NCBI GenBank assembly: GCA_047602905.1 | Contig: JBLKOP010000004.1 | Span: 33,990-97,989, forward strand | DNA: 64,000 bases | DNA from: Candidatus Woesearchaeota archaeon | Lineage (GTDB): Archaea > Nanobdellota > Nanobdellia > Woesearchaeales > SKIA01 | Direction: 5' to 3' | Shown here: in pieces, positions 47,735 to 56,992 of the stretch | Layout of the letters: every line of letters starts with the position of its first letter | Numbering within the stretch: position 1 is the stretch's first letter | Translations under genes and position numbers: made by a program | The notes under the pieces: model-generated | What the model saw: only the letters and a program-made list of their open reading frames with translations | Database searches by the model: none | What the model was told of the DNA's origin: nothing

Positions 47735-48103
47735 ATGGGAAGAAAATCTGGGATTATAGCGGCTCTTGCAGCGGTTGGTTCAGCAGTTGCTAGTGCTTTG
47801 TATGTGAAGAAAAAAAAGAATCGCGATACGGTAAACGTTCGTGATGTAGATGCTAAGGCTATTTCGGTAACAAAGAAGCGTTCTCGTCGAGGAAGACCTA
47901 AAAAAGTTGTTTCTCGTCCTGAAGTGTATGAGCTTGAGCGAATATATTGGGTTGGTCCTGCTGTTTGTAAACAATTAGTTGCTGCTGGGATAACGACTCT
48001 TTCTGAGGTTAAGCGTTACAAAAAAGCTTCTTCTCTTGCGCACAAAGCGGGTATTGGTGAGTTGACTGCTCAACGAATTATTGATGGAGTAAAGAAGTTA
48101 TAG
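47735..48103 (+). CDS. ComEA-like membrane-anchored DNA-binding protein (N-terminal TM, AT-hook, C-terminal HhH)
   Basis: TM IIAALAAVGSAVASALYV. KRSRRGRPKK = AT-hook core. WVGPAVCKQLVAAGITTLSEV...GIGELTAQRII = HhH pair. Confidence 0.5.
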   Translation: MGRKSGIIAALAAVGSAVASALYVKKKKNRDTVNVRDVDAKAISVTKKRSRRGRPKKVVSRPEVYELERIYWVGPAVCKQLVAAGITTLSEVKRYKKASSLAHKAGIGELTAQRIIDGVKKL

Positions 48104-48151
48104 CGATATTTTGCTTAACATTCTTAAAGCAGTACTTCTCTCTACAGTGTT

Positions 48152-49402
48152 ATGAAGCTTGATGAGTATTCTCGTGTTCGTATAGAGTTTGTTGATGGCC
48201 GCGTTTTTGAGGGTGTTGTTCTCCCTAATACTGTTCTTAAGCTTGATGATGGTTATAACATTGGTTTCTCAAAAAAAGATGTTAAAGAAGTTACGGTATT
48301 AGCTAAGAAAAGTACGCGTTCTTCTTCTGTAAGTGCTCCTAGCATAAACTCCTCTCTTCCTAGAGTTGATATCTTGCATACGGGAGGAACTATTGCAAGT
48401 AAGGTTGATTACGCTACTGGTGGAGTAAGTAATTTGTTTGCTCCTGAGGAGTTGTTGGCTTTGTATCCTGAATTGCAAGGAGTTGCTGCTACGCGCGCTT
48501 CTTTTGTTGCTAATATGAGTAGTGATGATATGCGTTTTGATCATTATAATTTGTTAGTTGAGGCTGTTAAGGACGCTCTTACAAGCAAGCCTTCTGGTAT
48601 AGTAATTACTCATGGTACTGATACGCTTCATTACACTGCTGCTGCTCTTCATTACGCGTTGCAAGGAGTTACTGTTCCTGTTGTTCTTGTTGGTAGTCAG
48701 CGTAGTAGTGATCGTGGTAGTAGTGATGCTGCTAGTAATTTGCTTGCTGCTATTCGTTTCTGCACTCACAAAGACTCTCCTAGCGGGGTGTTTGTTGCTA
48801 TGCATGAGAGTAGTAGTGATGAGAGCGTTGCTATTCATCAGGGGGTTTTTACTCGTAAAATGCATACTTCTCGTAGAGACGCTTTCAAGACGATTAATGC
48901 TTCTCTTGTTGCTAAAGTACGTAAAGAAGAAGTAAGTGTTCTTCGCAAGCTTGATTCTGCTAGCACGTTTTCTCCTGTGTTGTTTGATACGCGTTTACGT
49001 ATTGGTATGTTGTATGCTCATCCGCACATGTATGCTCAAGAGGTTTCTTCGTACAAGGGTTTTGATGGTCTTATCGTGCTAGGTACTGGTCTTGGTCACC
49101 TTCCTATTTCTGTTACTGATGAGTATACTCAGGAGCACGAGAAGATTTTTTCTTCTCTTAACAAGCTTTCTTGTCCTGTTATTATGGCTTCTCAGTGCGT
49201 TCATGGACGTATTAATTTGCAGGTGTATAGTCCTGGTAGGCGTTTACAAGAAGCGGGTGTTCTTGGTCATGACTTGGCGTTGTCTGCTGAGGCATTGTTT
49301 TGTAAGCTTGCGTATCTTTTGTCTACGAAGCAAGATGCTTCTTTAATTGCTTCTGATATGGGGGATGTTGTTTTGTGTACTCGCGAGGATAGTTATGAGT
49401 GA
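48152..49402 (+). CDS. gatD: Glutamyl-tRNA(Gln) amidotransferase subunit D
   Basis: GatD N-domain followed by asparaginase-like ILHTGGTIASKVDYATGGV and VITHGTDTL blocks. Confidence 0.9.
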   Translation: MKLDEYSRVRIEFVDGRVFEGVVLPNTVLKLDDGYNIGFSKKDVKEVTVLAKKSTRSSSVSAPSINSSLPRVDILHTGGTIASKVDYATGGVSNLFAPEELLALYPELQGVAATRASFVANMSSDDMRFDHYNLLVEAVKDALTSKPSGIVITHGTDTLHYTAAALHYALQGVTVPVVLVGSQRSSDRGSSDAASNLLAAIRFCTHKDSPSGVFVAMHESSSDESVAIHQGVFTRKMHTSRRDAFKTINASLVAKVRKEEVSVLRKLDSASTFSPVLFDTRLRIGMLYAHPHMYAQEVSSYKGFDGLIVLGTGLGHLPISVTDEYTQEHEKIFSSLNKLSCPVIMASQCVHGRINLQVYSPGRRLQEAGVLGHDLALSAEALFCKLAYLLSTKQDASLIASDMGDVVLCTREDSYE

Positions 49403-51221
49403 GGAGTACGAGAAGCTTGGGTTCATGGCTGGTCTTGAGATTCATCAACAACTTGAGGGTAAGAAGTTGTTTTGTTCTTGTCCTACGGTTATTCGTGAGG
49501 ACGAGCCTGATGTTGTTGTTTCTCGGCAGCTACGTGCGAGTGTTGGTGAGTCTGGTGAGGTGGATGTCGCTGCTGCTCATGAGCAACGAAAGCAAAAAAC
49601 GTTTGTGTACCAGGGCTATCACGATACTACCTGTCTTGTTGAGCTTGATGAAGAGCCGGTAAGCGCTCCTAATCCTTTGGCTGTTGAGACTGCTGTTATG
49701 GTTTCTGAGATGCTTTCTATGAAGCGTTTCTCTCCTGTTCATGTTATGCGTAAGGTGGTTGTTGATGGTAGTAATACTTCTGGTTTTCAGCGTACTATGG
49801 CTGTTGCTTCTGATGGTGTTCTTAAGGACGTGCGTATTGATCGCTTGTGTTTGGAGGAGGATAGTTGTAAGGTGATTAGTCGTTCTCAAGAAAAGGATGT
49901 ATATAATTTGTCTCGTCTAGGAATACCGTTGTTAGAGATTACTACGAAACCTGATATTAAGAACCCTGCTCATCTGCAAGAAATTGCTGCTGAGTTAGGG
50001 ATGGTTCTTCGCAGTACTTCTCGGGTGAAGCGAGGTCTTGGTACTATTCGTCAGGACGTAAATATTAGTATTGCTGAGGGTTCTCGGGTTGAGATTAAGG
50101 GCGTTCAGGACTTGGATTCTATGCCTGTCTTAGCTGCTAATGAGGTTAAGCGACAAGCTGGTCTTGTTCAGATAGCAAAAGAAAATCTCGATATGCATTT
50201 AGAAAAACCTATTAAGCATTTGGAGAATGGACGCGTTGTTGATTACGATGGAGATGTAACTAAACATTTTTTACCATCTAAAATAAGTTGGATACAAAGC
50301 TCTCTAAAAAAAGGAAAAGCTATAGCTGCTAAAATAACGAACGCAGATGGAATTCTTAAACGAGAACTCTTTGAAAACTATCGAGTTGGAACCGAGCTTA
50401 GTGGTTATGCAAAAGCGTTTGGATTCGGAGGACTTATTCATAGTGATGAAGATCCTGTCAAGTATGGATTAGCCTCATGGAATAATATTAGAAAAGAACT
50501 TAAGACACAAAAAAACGATGCATTTATTGTTCTTGTAGGTAACCCGGACAAGGCATGGAGTGCGCTAAACCTTATACTATATGAGCGAGTTGAGGAATTA
50601 AATAGAAGTGTTCCTTCTTGCGTTCGTAAAGCGAACGCTGATGCTTCTACGACGTATCTTCGTCCTATGCCTGGTTCTGCTCGTATGTATCCAGAAACGG
50701 ATGTTCACCCTCTTGATATTTCTGGTGTTGCTGTTGAGGTTCCTGAATTATTGACTAATAGGATAGCTAATTTACAAAATAAGTACAGTATTGATGAAGG
50801 AGTAGCTAAAAAGCTAATAGAAACTAATCGAACAGAACTTTTTGAAGAATGGAAAGATAAAGTAGGTATATCTACAACTCTTAATATACTAACAGCTAAA
50901 GAAAAAGAGATGTTGACTAGATACGATGTTGAAGTTAATATTAGTCAAATAGCGCCTACATTATTTGCAGAAATAACAGCAGAAAACATTAGTGGTTCTT
51001 CAATTGATGATATTTTACAAGAATATGGTAGGAAAGGAAGTGTAGATTGGAAAAAATATTCTAAACTAAGTGAAGATGAAGTACGCAGTATTGTCAAAGA
51101 AGTCATTGCTTCTGATCCTGACGCTCCGATGGGTGCGTTGATGGGCGAAGCGATGAGTCGTTTGAAAGGTAAGGCTGATGGGAAGTTGGTTAATAAGCTT
51201 CTTCGTGAAGAAGTAAATTAA
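49395..51221 (+). CDS. gatE: Glutamyl-tRNA(Gln) amidotransferase subunit E
   Basis: GLEIHQQL...CSCPT (GatB/E catalytic N-terminus), AspRS-like insertion, C-terminal tail. Start set to ATG 49395 (MSEEYEKLGF), overlapping gatD stop. Track start 49347 is an upstream extension. Confidence 0.85.
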   Translation: MSEEYEKLGFMAGLEIHQQLEGKKLFCSCPTVIREDEPDVVVSRQLRASVGESGEVDVAAAHEQRKQKTFVYQGYHDTTCLVELDEEPVSAPNPLAVETAVMVSEMLSMKRFSPVHVMRKVVVDGSNTSGFQRTMAVASDGVLKDVRIDRLCLEEDSCKVISRSQEKDVYNLSRLGIPLLEITTKPDIKNPAHLQEIAAELGMVLRSTSRVKRGLGTIRQDVNISIAEGSRVEIKGVQDLDSMPVLAANEVKRQAGLVQIAKENLDMHLEKPIKHLENGRVVDYDGDVTKHFLPSKISWIQSSLKKGKAIAAKITNADGILKRELFENYRVGTELSGYAKAFGFGGLIHSDEDPVKYGLASWNNIRKELKTQKNDAFIVLVGNPDKAWSALNLILYERVEELNRSVPSCVRKANADASTTYLRPMPGSARMYPETDVHPLDISGVAVEVPELLTNRIANLQNKYSIDEGVAKKLIETNRTELFEEWKDKVGISTTLNILTAKEKEMLTRYDVEVNISQIAPTLFAEITAENISGSSIDDILQEYGRKGSVDWKKYSKLSEDEVRSIVKEVIASDPDAPMGALMGEAMSRLKGKADGKLVNKLLREEVN

Positions 51222-51234
51222 TAACGAAGTATGT

Positions 51235-51942
51235 TTAGTGTATTGATTCTATGTAGTGCCTTGCTTTTTGTATGAGGTCTTTTGGGTGTCTTTTGTACCC
51301 TACTACTATTCCTCTTTTGTTCATTACTTCTGTGAGGAATTCTTCTGGTGTGTTTGCGTATCCTCTCATATGTACTTTTCCTAGGCTGCTTGCGTGGTGG
51401 CTATCACTTCCTGCTGTGTGCGCTGCTTCTAGTTCTTCGCATAGTGCGCCTGCTTGTAGGTTTCTGTTTGTGCTCATCGTGAAGTTCATTACTTCTACTG
51501 CGTCCATGCGAGCGAGTATTTCTTGTGGTAGGTGAGCGCTTTTTTTGTCTAGGTATCCGTAGGGGTGTGCTAGGCTTATGTATCCTTTGTGTTGTTTGAC
51601 TGCGTCTATGAGTTGTTCTTCTGTTATGCGTGTTTTGCTGCTCCATATTCTTCCTGGTTTGAGTGCTGGTTGTATGTGGTTGGTGAAGAAGTCTATGAGT
51701 TGTTCGTGTGTGTAGAAGTAGCAGAGGAAGTCTTTGTTGTTTTTTGTGGTTACTTCTATTCCTGGTATGACGGGTATTCCTATGTTTTTTGCTGCTATGC
51801 TTCCTGCTATTCTGTTGTGGTCTGTTATGGCTACTGCTATTCCTGTTTGTTCGTAGAATTGTTTTATTTTGCTTATTGGTGTTGTACAGTCGTGGCTGTA
51901 GCAGGTGTGTACGTGCATGTCACACGAAAAGAGTTGCTTCAT
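51235..51942 (-). CDS. PHP-domain metal-dependent phosphoesterase
   Basis: CDMHVHTCYSHDC (PHP motif I), ITDHN, further His/Asp positions. Confidence 0.65.
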   Translation of the reverse strand: MKQLFSCDMHVHTCYSHDCTTPISKIKQFYEQTGIAVAITDHNRIAGSIAAKNIGIPVIPGIEVTTKNNKDFLCYFYTHEQLIDFFTNHIQPALKPGRIWSSKTRITEEQLIDAVKQHKGYISLAHPYGYLDKKSAHLPQEILARMDAVEVMNFTMSTNRNLQAGALCEELEAAHTAGSDSHHASSLGKVHMRGYANTPEEFLTEVMNKRGIVVGYKRHPKDLIQKARHYIESIH

Positions 51943-52034
51943 AGAAGTATACTAGTATAGCTTTTCGTATATAAGCTTTGGTTCGGTAACACCGAAAAAA
52001 GGGGTTTTATAACTGCGCAGACGCTACGAGTAGT

Positions 52035-52994
52035 GTGAAGATTAAGCAACGAGCAAAAGATTTTCTTGTTCAAGAAATTCCTTCTCGTACCTGGAGTGCG
52101 CAAGGAGCGTTTTACGTGTACGAAGCGACGTGCACAAACCTCACGACTCAGGAGATGCGCAGGCGCCTTGCGCGCATGAACAATCTTGCAAGTACAGCTA
52201 TTGGTTACGCAGGCAGTAAAGATCGTCAAGCAGTTACTACGCAGTTCATTACAAGCCCAAAACCGCTAACGAGTAATGATGATTTACTCTTGTTGCGCCA
52301 CGTAGGGTTTAGTGATGAGCCGCTACGTTTAGGAGACCTCGCAGGTAACTTCTTTGTTATTCGCGTAGAGGGTGTTCGCAGAAAACAAGAAGTGCACATA
52401 CCTAATTATTTTGGTAACCAGCGCTTTAGCTCTGAGAACGTAGAGGTAGGGTTGATGTTGTTGCGCAAAGAGTACAAAAAAGTCGCTGTTCATTTACGAG
52501 AACAATACAAAGAAATTCGTTCTCACCTAGACGCTACACCCACCGACTACATCGGTGCTCTCAAGCGAGCTCCTCTGCATAGCCTCCTCATGTACATTCA
52601 CTCAGTTCAGAGCTTGTTGTTTAACGAGGCAGTGATTGCGTACATTAAAGATACGTACCAAGAGTATGAGGAATCAACGTATAGGCACGGAGCATTCCTG
52701 TTTCCTACCAGCCCGCTTCCTGAAATAAACGTTCCTATTCCTGGAGCAGCACAAGACCTTGGTGAGTGGGAGCGCTACTACGCACCTGCTCTTCGTGCAC
52801 TTAAGCTTAGTCCTTCTCAGTTCTATATCCGTAGCATTCCTCAGCTTACTCAAGAAGGAACTACTCGTAGCTTAGCAATGACTATCAGCGACCTCTCTGT
52901 TACTGCGCTTGAAGAAAACGTTTTTGAGGCTCGTATGCGTCTAGGAGTTGGTAGTTACGCAACAGTTGCTTTACGCAGTCTCTTCGAGGACTGA
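52035..52994 (+). CDS. truD: tRNA pseudouridine synthase TruD/Pus7 family
   Basis: GYAGSKDRQAVTTQ (catalytic Asp motif) and NYFGNQRFS are TruD signatures. GTG start. Confidence 0.7.
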   Translation: MKIKQRAKDFLVQEIPSRTWSAQGAFYVYEATCTNLTTQEMRRRLARMNNLASTAIGYAGSKDRQAVTTQFITSPKPLTSNDDLLLLRHVGFSDEPLRLGDLAGNFFVIRVEGVRRKQEVHIPNYFGNQRFSSENVEVGLMLLRKEYKKVAVHLREQYKEIRSHLDATPTDYIGALKRAPLHSLLMYIHSVQSLLFNEAVIAYIKDTYQEYEESTYRHGAFLFPTSPLPEINVPIPGAAQDLGEWERYYAPALRALKLSPSQFYIRSIPQLTQEGTTRSLAMTISDLSVTALEENVFEARMRLGVGSYATVALRSLFED

Positions 52995-53525
52995 AACGAT
53001 ATTTGCGAATACTTCGTGCACTTTTTGCTCTCCGTCTATACAATACAGTATTCCTTGTCGCTCATAATAATCGAGTACAGGAAGCGTTTTTTCTGTGTAG
53101 GTTGCTAGGCGTTTCTTCAGTGCTTCTGGCGTGTCGTCCTCTCGGTGTTCAATCTCCGCTCTCTTCGCTACTCGTCGCAAACTCTCCTCCTCACTAATAT
53201 CAATAAGAAACGCGTAGTCAACGCTAATGAACCGATCCAGCATGCGCGCTTGCTCTAAGTCTCTTGGCGTTCCGTCAAGTACAAAGCCGTTCTTGCAGTC
53301 AGGCTGAGCGAGTCGCTCCTCTAAGATTTCTTCAAGAAATAAGTCGTCAATAAGTTCTCCTGAATCCATTAATTCACGCACTTCCTCCGCTCGAGTTCCT
53401 CCTGCTGCTACGTATCGACGAAGCATACTACCAGTACTGATGTGTGGGAGGTAGTATTTTTTTGCGAGTTGTTTTCCTTGTGTTCCTTTCCCGCTTCCTT
53501 GTGGTCCAAGCACTATGATGTTCAT
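52971..53525 (-). CDS. adk: Adenylate kinase
   Basis: MNIIVLGPQGSGKGTQGKQLAKKY P-loop and ADK fold. 24-nt convergent overlap with truD. Confidence 0.85.
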   Translation of the reverse strand: MNIIVLGPQGSGKGTQGKQLAKKYYLPHISTGSMLRRYVAAGGTRAEEVRELMDSGELIDDLFLEEILEERLAQPDCKNGFVLDGTPRDLEQARMLDRFISVDYAFLIDISEEESLRRVAKRAEIEHREDDTPEALKKRLATYTEKTLPVLDYYERQGILYCIDGEQKVHEVFANIVSVLEETA

Positions 53526-53933
53526 GTAGTACTATACGTAAATACTCCTTATATTGTTATGTGCTGTGCAGCAAACACATAAAAACTTGCGTTGTCTTCT
53601 TTACGGAGTGGTACAATTACACCTTCTTGGTAATCCAGGCGATATCTTGAGTATGCCTGAGACAAAACACGTGCTTAGTAAGCACTCTGTAGACGCACAA
53701 GAAAGCTATACGTACAAGCAGGACGTCGTCGATGCTCTTGGCTCGCATAGGCGCGTGCGCACAGTTGCGTTGGCTCGCTTCTTCAAGAAAAGCGACGAGT
53801 AGACCAAAAAGCTACGTTAGAAGCGCTTCTACGCGTAGATAAAGACTCAGTTATTCTTCTTGGAAGCAGTGAGAAAGAATATCTTTCACGAAACACTGCT
53901 AATCGTCTGCGCAACTATGATGAGGACGCGTTT

Positions 53934-54977
53934 GTGAAGCTGGACTCAGCAAGTAATCTTGAGAGTTTGTTTGGCGTTTCTCAACTAACCAGCACGTTTA
54001 TTGCGCAAAACCAAGTAACGATTAACCAATTATTTTCTCATTGGTTAACAACTACTTCTCGAAGCCCGTACGAGAAGCCTCTTTTGGGTATTCGTTGGAA
54101 AGGTAACGCTGTTGAGTTCGTAAACGGACCGCGAGGAGTTCGTTCGCGGGTATTGCAGAACCACGCAGGTTTTCCTGTAGGGATTGCTCGTTTACGAGAA
54201 GAGATGTATTCTGCTTCGTACAAACAAAAAAAAGAGCTTGAAGCTAAGGTTCGAAGGTATGAGAAGTACCAAGAGCAGTTTGGAAGTAACGAAGTACTCT
54301 CCCAACTAGCCAGAGTTGAGTTAACTGCTCGTGACGTTATTATTAAGCCTGTTGGAGAGTTTTCTTCTCATAAACGAGCGTACGCGAATAACGCGTACAT
54401 AGATGGGTTGTTTGAGAGAGCGTTTCTTGTTCCCTCAATAAATGATGTTACTAAGAAACGACTAGTAGATATTAGTAAGTTTGCTGCTGTTAATAGAAGC
54501 GTTCCAGAAGCAGCGTATCCGTTCTCGTTTGGTATGAGCTATGCAAGTAATGCAGAGCATACATTGTTTGCAGGTAAAAGAAATCGTTCACGAGACAAGC
54601 ACTGGATCCCAGAAGCAATAGCAGCTGCTCTCACGTACAAACAACTTGTTGACCAAAGTGATTTCTTAACGCTAAGAAACTTTCCTAGCGACGGATCAGT
54701 AAGTAAGCTACGGCGCGTACGTAACAATTACGTGACTGCAGAGCTAGGATTTCCCATCGCGTATGAAGAGACACTACAATTGTTTGATACGCTATGGAAC
54801 CGAACACTTCATCTACAACACACAGAAAAAGGGTTTACGCTCACGCGACCAAACCTCACAACAATAAGCATGTACTTAGGACAGCATACGTTAAAGAAAA
54901 AAGTTGGTGTTTGGACGATGAACGCGAACAACCTACGCGGAAAAGCACACCCGATGTACACGCACGTTACTGTATAA
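53934..54977 (+). CDS. Hypothetical protein adjacent to tRNA-Thr
   Basis: 347-aa ORF with GTG start and base composition balanced, unlike its flanks. No family recognised. Confidence 0.4.
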   Translation: MKLDSASNLESLFGVSQLTSTFIAQNQVTINQLFSHWLTTTSRSPYEKPLLGIRWKGNAVEFVNGPRGVRSRVLQNHAGFPVGIARLREEMYSASYKQKKELEAKVRRYEKYQEQFGSNEVLSQLARVELTARDVIIKPVGEFSSHKRAYANNAYIDGLFERAFLVPSINDVTKKRLVDISKFAAVNRSVPEAAYPFSFGMSYASNAEHTLFAGKRNRSRDKHWIPEAIAAALTYKQLVDQSDFLTLRNFPSDGSVSKLRRVRNNYVTAELGFPIAYEETLQLFDTLWNRTLHLQHTEKGFTLTRPNLTTISMYLGQHTLKKKVGVWTMNANNLRGKAHPMYTHVTV

Positions 54978-54984
54978 ACAACAA

Positions 54985-55083
54985 AGCCTCCTCCGCGATT
55001 TGAACGCGGGACCTGCTGCTTTCTTCACACGTTTTTTTTTGTGCGTACAAGGCAGCTGCTCTACCAGGCTGAGCCAAGGAGGC
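54985..55083 (-). tRNA. tRNA-Thr (anticodon UGU) with ~25-nt intron after position 37
   Basis: Minus strand: GCCTCCT-TG-GCTC-AGCCTGGTA-GAGC-A-GCTGC-CTTGTA[intron CGCACAAAAAAAAACGTGTGAAGAA]A-GCAGC-AGGTC-CCGCG-TTCAAAT-CGCGG-AGGAGGC-T. All stems Watson-Crick, U33, GG18-19, TTCAAAT T-loop. Intron about 55021-55045. Confidence 0.7.
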
Positions 55084-55130
55084 GTCTTATTTCTCTTTGA
55101 AGCAGCGTTTTCTTTAAAAGTGTAGTGTTT

Positions 55131-56093
55131 CTAGGGTAGTATTCGTAGTCTGCTGTTCATCACTGCCCACTCGATGAATAAGAAGAGGGTTATTATGAGT
55201 AGTAATGCTATGCTTGGGTCTGTGCTTGTTTGTCTGCTTCTGGGTTCTTCTTGGAGTTCTTTAAAGGCTGCTTCAAAGTCTTGTGTTGTTGTTGCTGTGA
55301 AGAGTTTTCCTCCTGTCTCGCTTGTTAAGCGAGTGATTTCTTCTTCGCTGTACACTGCTGTTACGTTGTAGAGTCTTGGTAGGTATCCTATGGGTGCTGC
55401 TGCTTCTTGTCCTATTCCTATTGCGTGTATGGTTACGCTGTTTTTTTGTGCGTAGTTTATTGCTCGTCCTACGTTGTCAAAGTTTGCTAGTCCTACCGTG
55501 CTTGTTCCGTCTGTTATAAGAATTATTGCTCTTCCTTGGTTGCTTGCTAGTAGTACGTTGGTTGCTGTTATTATCGCTCCTGGTATGTCTGTTCCGCTTA
55601 CTGGTGGTATGGTTAGTTGGTTAATAGCTGCAGTTAATTCTTGTGTGTTGTTGGTGAGTGTTTGTGCTATTGTTGGGTACCCGCTAAAAGCAACTACTCC
55701 TATTGCTGTTCTTGCTTCTAGGTTGTTGATGAATTCGTTGCTGAGGTTTTTTGCTGCTTCAAAGCGCGTTGGTTGGATGTCTGTTGCTGTCATTGATGCG
55801 CTTACGTCTATTGCGAGTACGTAGTCTGTTGGTAGCAGGTCTGCTTCGTAGTACACTGTTGGTCCTGCAAGTACTGCTATGAGCAGACAAAACACTATTA
55901 GTCGGCTTATGAAGAGTGCGTAGTGTGCTCGTAGTTTGGTGTCTTTACGTACTCGTTTAAGGGTTTCGAAATTGCTGAAGATAAGTGCGTGTTTCTTTGT
56001 TGTTTTGTAGAAGAGTTTGTGAGCGTACAGAAGTAGTGGTAGGAGGAGAAGGAGAAGGAAGAATTCTGGGTTGCTAAACGTTATTATCGTCAT
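55131..56093 (-). CDS. BatA-like vWA-domain membrane protein
   Basis: Two N-terminal TM helices. AIDVSASMTATD MIDAS...ITDGTST. C-terminal TM. Confidence 0.75.
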   Translation of the reverse strand: MTIITFSNPEFFLLLLLLPLLLYAHKLFYKTTKKHALIFSNFETLKRVRKDTKLRAHYALFISRLIVFCLLIAVLAGPTVYYEADLLPTDYVLAIDVSASMTATDIQPTRFEAAKNLSNEFINNLEARTAIGVVAFSGYPTIAQTLTNNTQELTAAINQLTIPPVSGTDIPGAIITATNVLLASNQGRAIILITDGTSTVGLANFDNVGRAINYAQKNSVTIHAIGIGQEAAAPIGYLPRLYNVTAVYSEEEITRLTSETGGKLFTATTTQDFEAAFKELQEEPRSRQTSTDPSIALLLIITLFLFIEWAVMNSRLRILP

Positions 56094-56095
56094 TG

Positions 56096-56992
56096 TTATG
56101 TCTCCATCATTGCTGCTCGTTGTGCAAAGAAGCGCATGATTGTTTCTCGTACGTCACTTCCTAGCTCAAGAAGTAGCAGGCTTGCTTGTGCTGTGGAGAA
56201 GCGCCTTTTTATATCTGCTTCTTCTTTAAGCACGTATTCTCTATACGGTTTTGCGTAGCTTTTCGTGTCTATGGTTATTTGTTGTCCTGTTGTTGGGTGC
56301 GTTAGTGAGAACGTTCCTGCGTTTGTTGGTAATTCTCTGTCTCGCGGGTCTCGTATCATGACTCCTATGATGTCGAAGTGTTGGTTTGCTGCTCGTAGCT
56401 CGTGATCCCAGCCTGGTTGTAATCCTATAAAGTCGCTTATGATGATGAGTAGTCCTCGTTGCTTGGTTATTCCTGCTGCTGTTCGTAGCGCTTCTTGGAG
56501 GCTAAACGCTCCTGTGTACGCCTCTTCTTCTGTGAGCATTTTTGTGATTATTGCGTGTTGTTGCATGCCTATTTTTGGTTGTGCGTAGTTGCGTACTTGG
56601 TTGCTGTACATGAGTAGTCCGCAGCTGTCTCCGCTTCTGAGTGCTGGGTATGCTAGTGTGCTTGCTACGTGCATGGCTTCTTCTGCTTTGAGTCGTTTTC
56701 CGCTTCCGTACAGCATCGTATCTCCTGTGTCTACGAGAAGAAGTACTTGTAGTGTTTTGTCCTCATCGAGTTCTTTAACGAGGAGTTTGTGTGCTCGTAG
56801 GCTTGCTTTCCAGTCTATTCTGTGCGCGTCATCTGTTGGTTGGTATTCTCTGTAGCCAGAAAACTCCATTCCTGCTCCTTTAAATGTTGATAGCCAGTTT
56901 CCTGTGAGTGTTTTGCTGAGTACGTCTCTTCGTGCTTGTATGGCTAGTTCTTGTAGTGCGGGGAGTATTTCTGCATCAAACGTGATGGTCAT
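56096..56992 (-). CDS. DUF58-family protein (MoxR partner)
   Basis: GAGMEFSGYREYQPTDDAHRIDWKAS and LLVDTGDTM DUF58 blocks. Confidence 0.75.
   Translation of the reverse strand: MTITFDAEILPALQELAIQARRDVLSKTLTGNWLSTFKGAGMEFSGYREYQPTDDAHRIDWKASLRAHKLLVKELDEDKTLQVLLLVDTGDTMLYGSGKRLKAEEAMHVASTLAYPALRSGDSCGLLMYSNQVRNYAQPKIGMQQHAIITKMLTEEEAYTGAFSLQEALRTAAGITKQRGLLIIISDFIGLQPGWDHELRAANQHFDIIGVMIRDPRDRELPTNAGTFSLTHPTTGQQITIDTKSYAKPYREYVLKEEADIKRRFSTAQASLLLLELGSDVRETIMRFFAQRAAMMET

Noticed and set aside
53554-53802. 82-aa + ORF between adk and the 347-aa unknown gene
   Set aside because: No motifs and weak start context. Could be real but unsupported.
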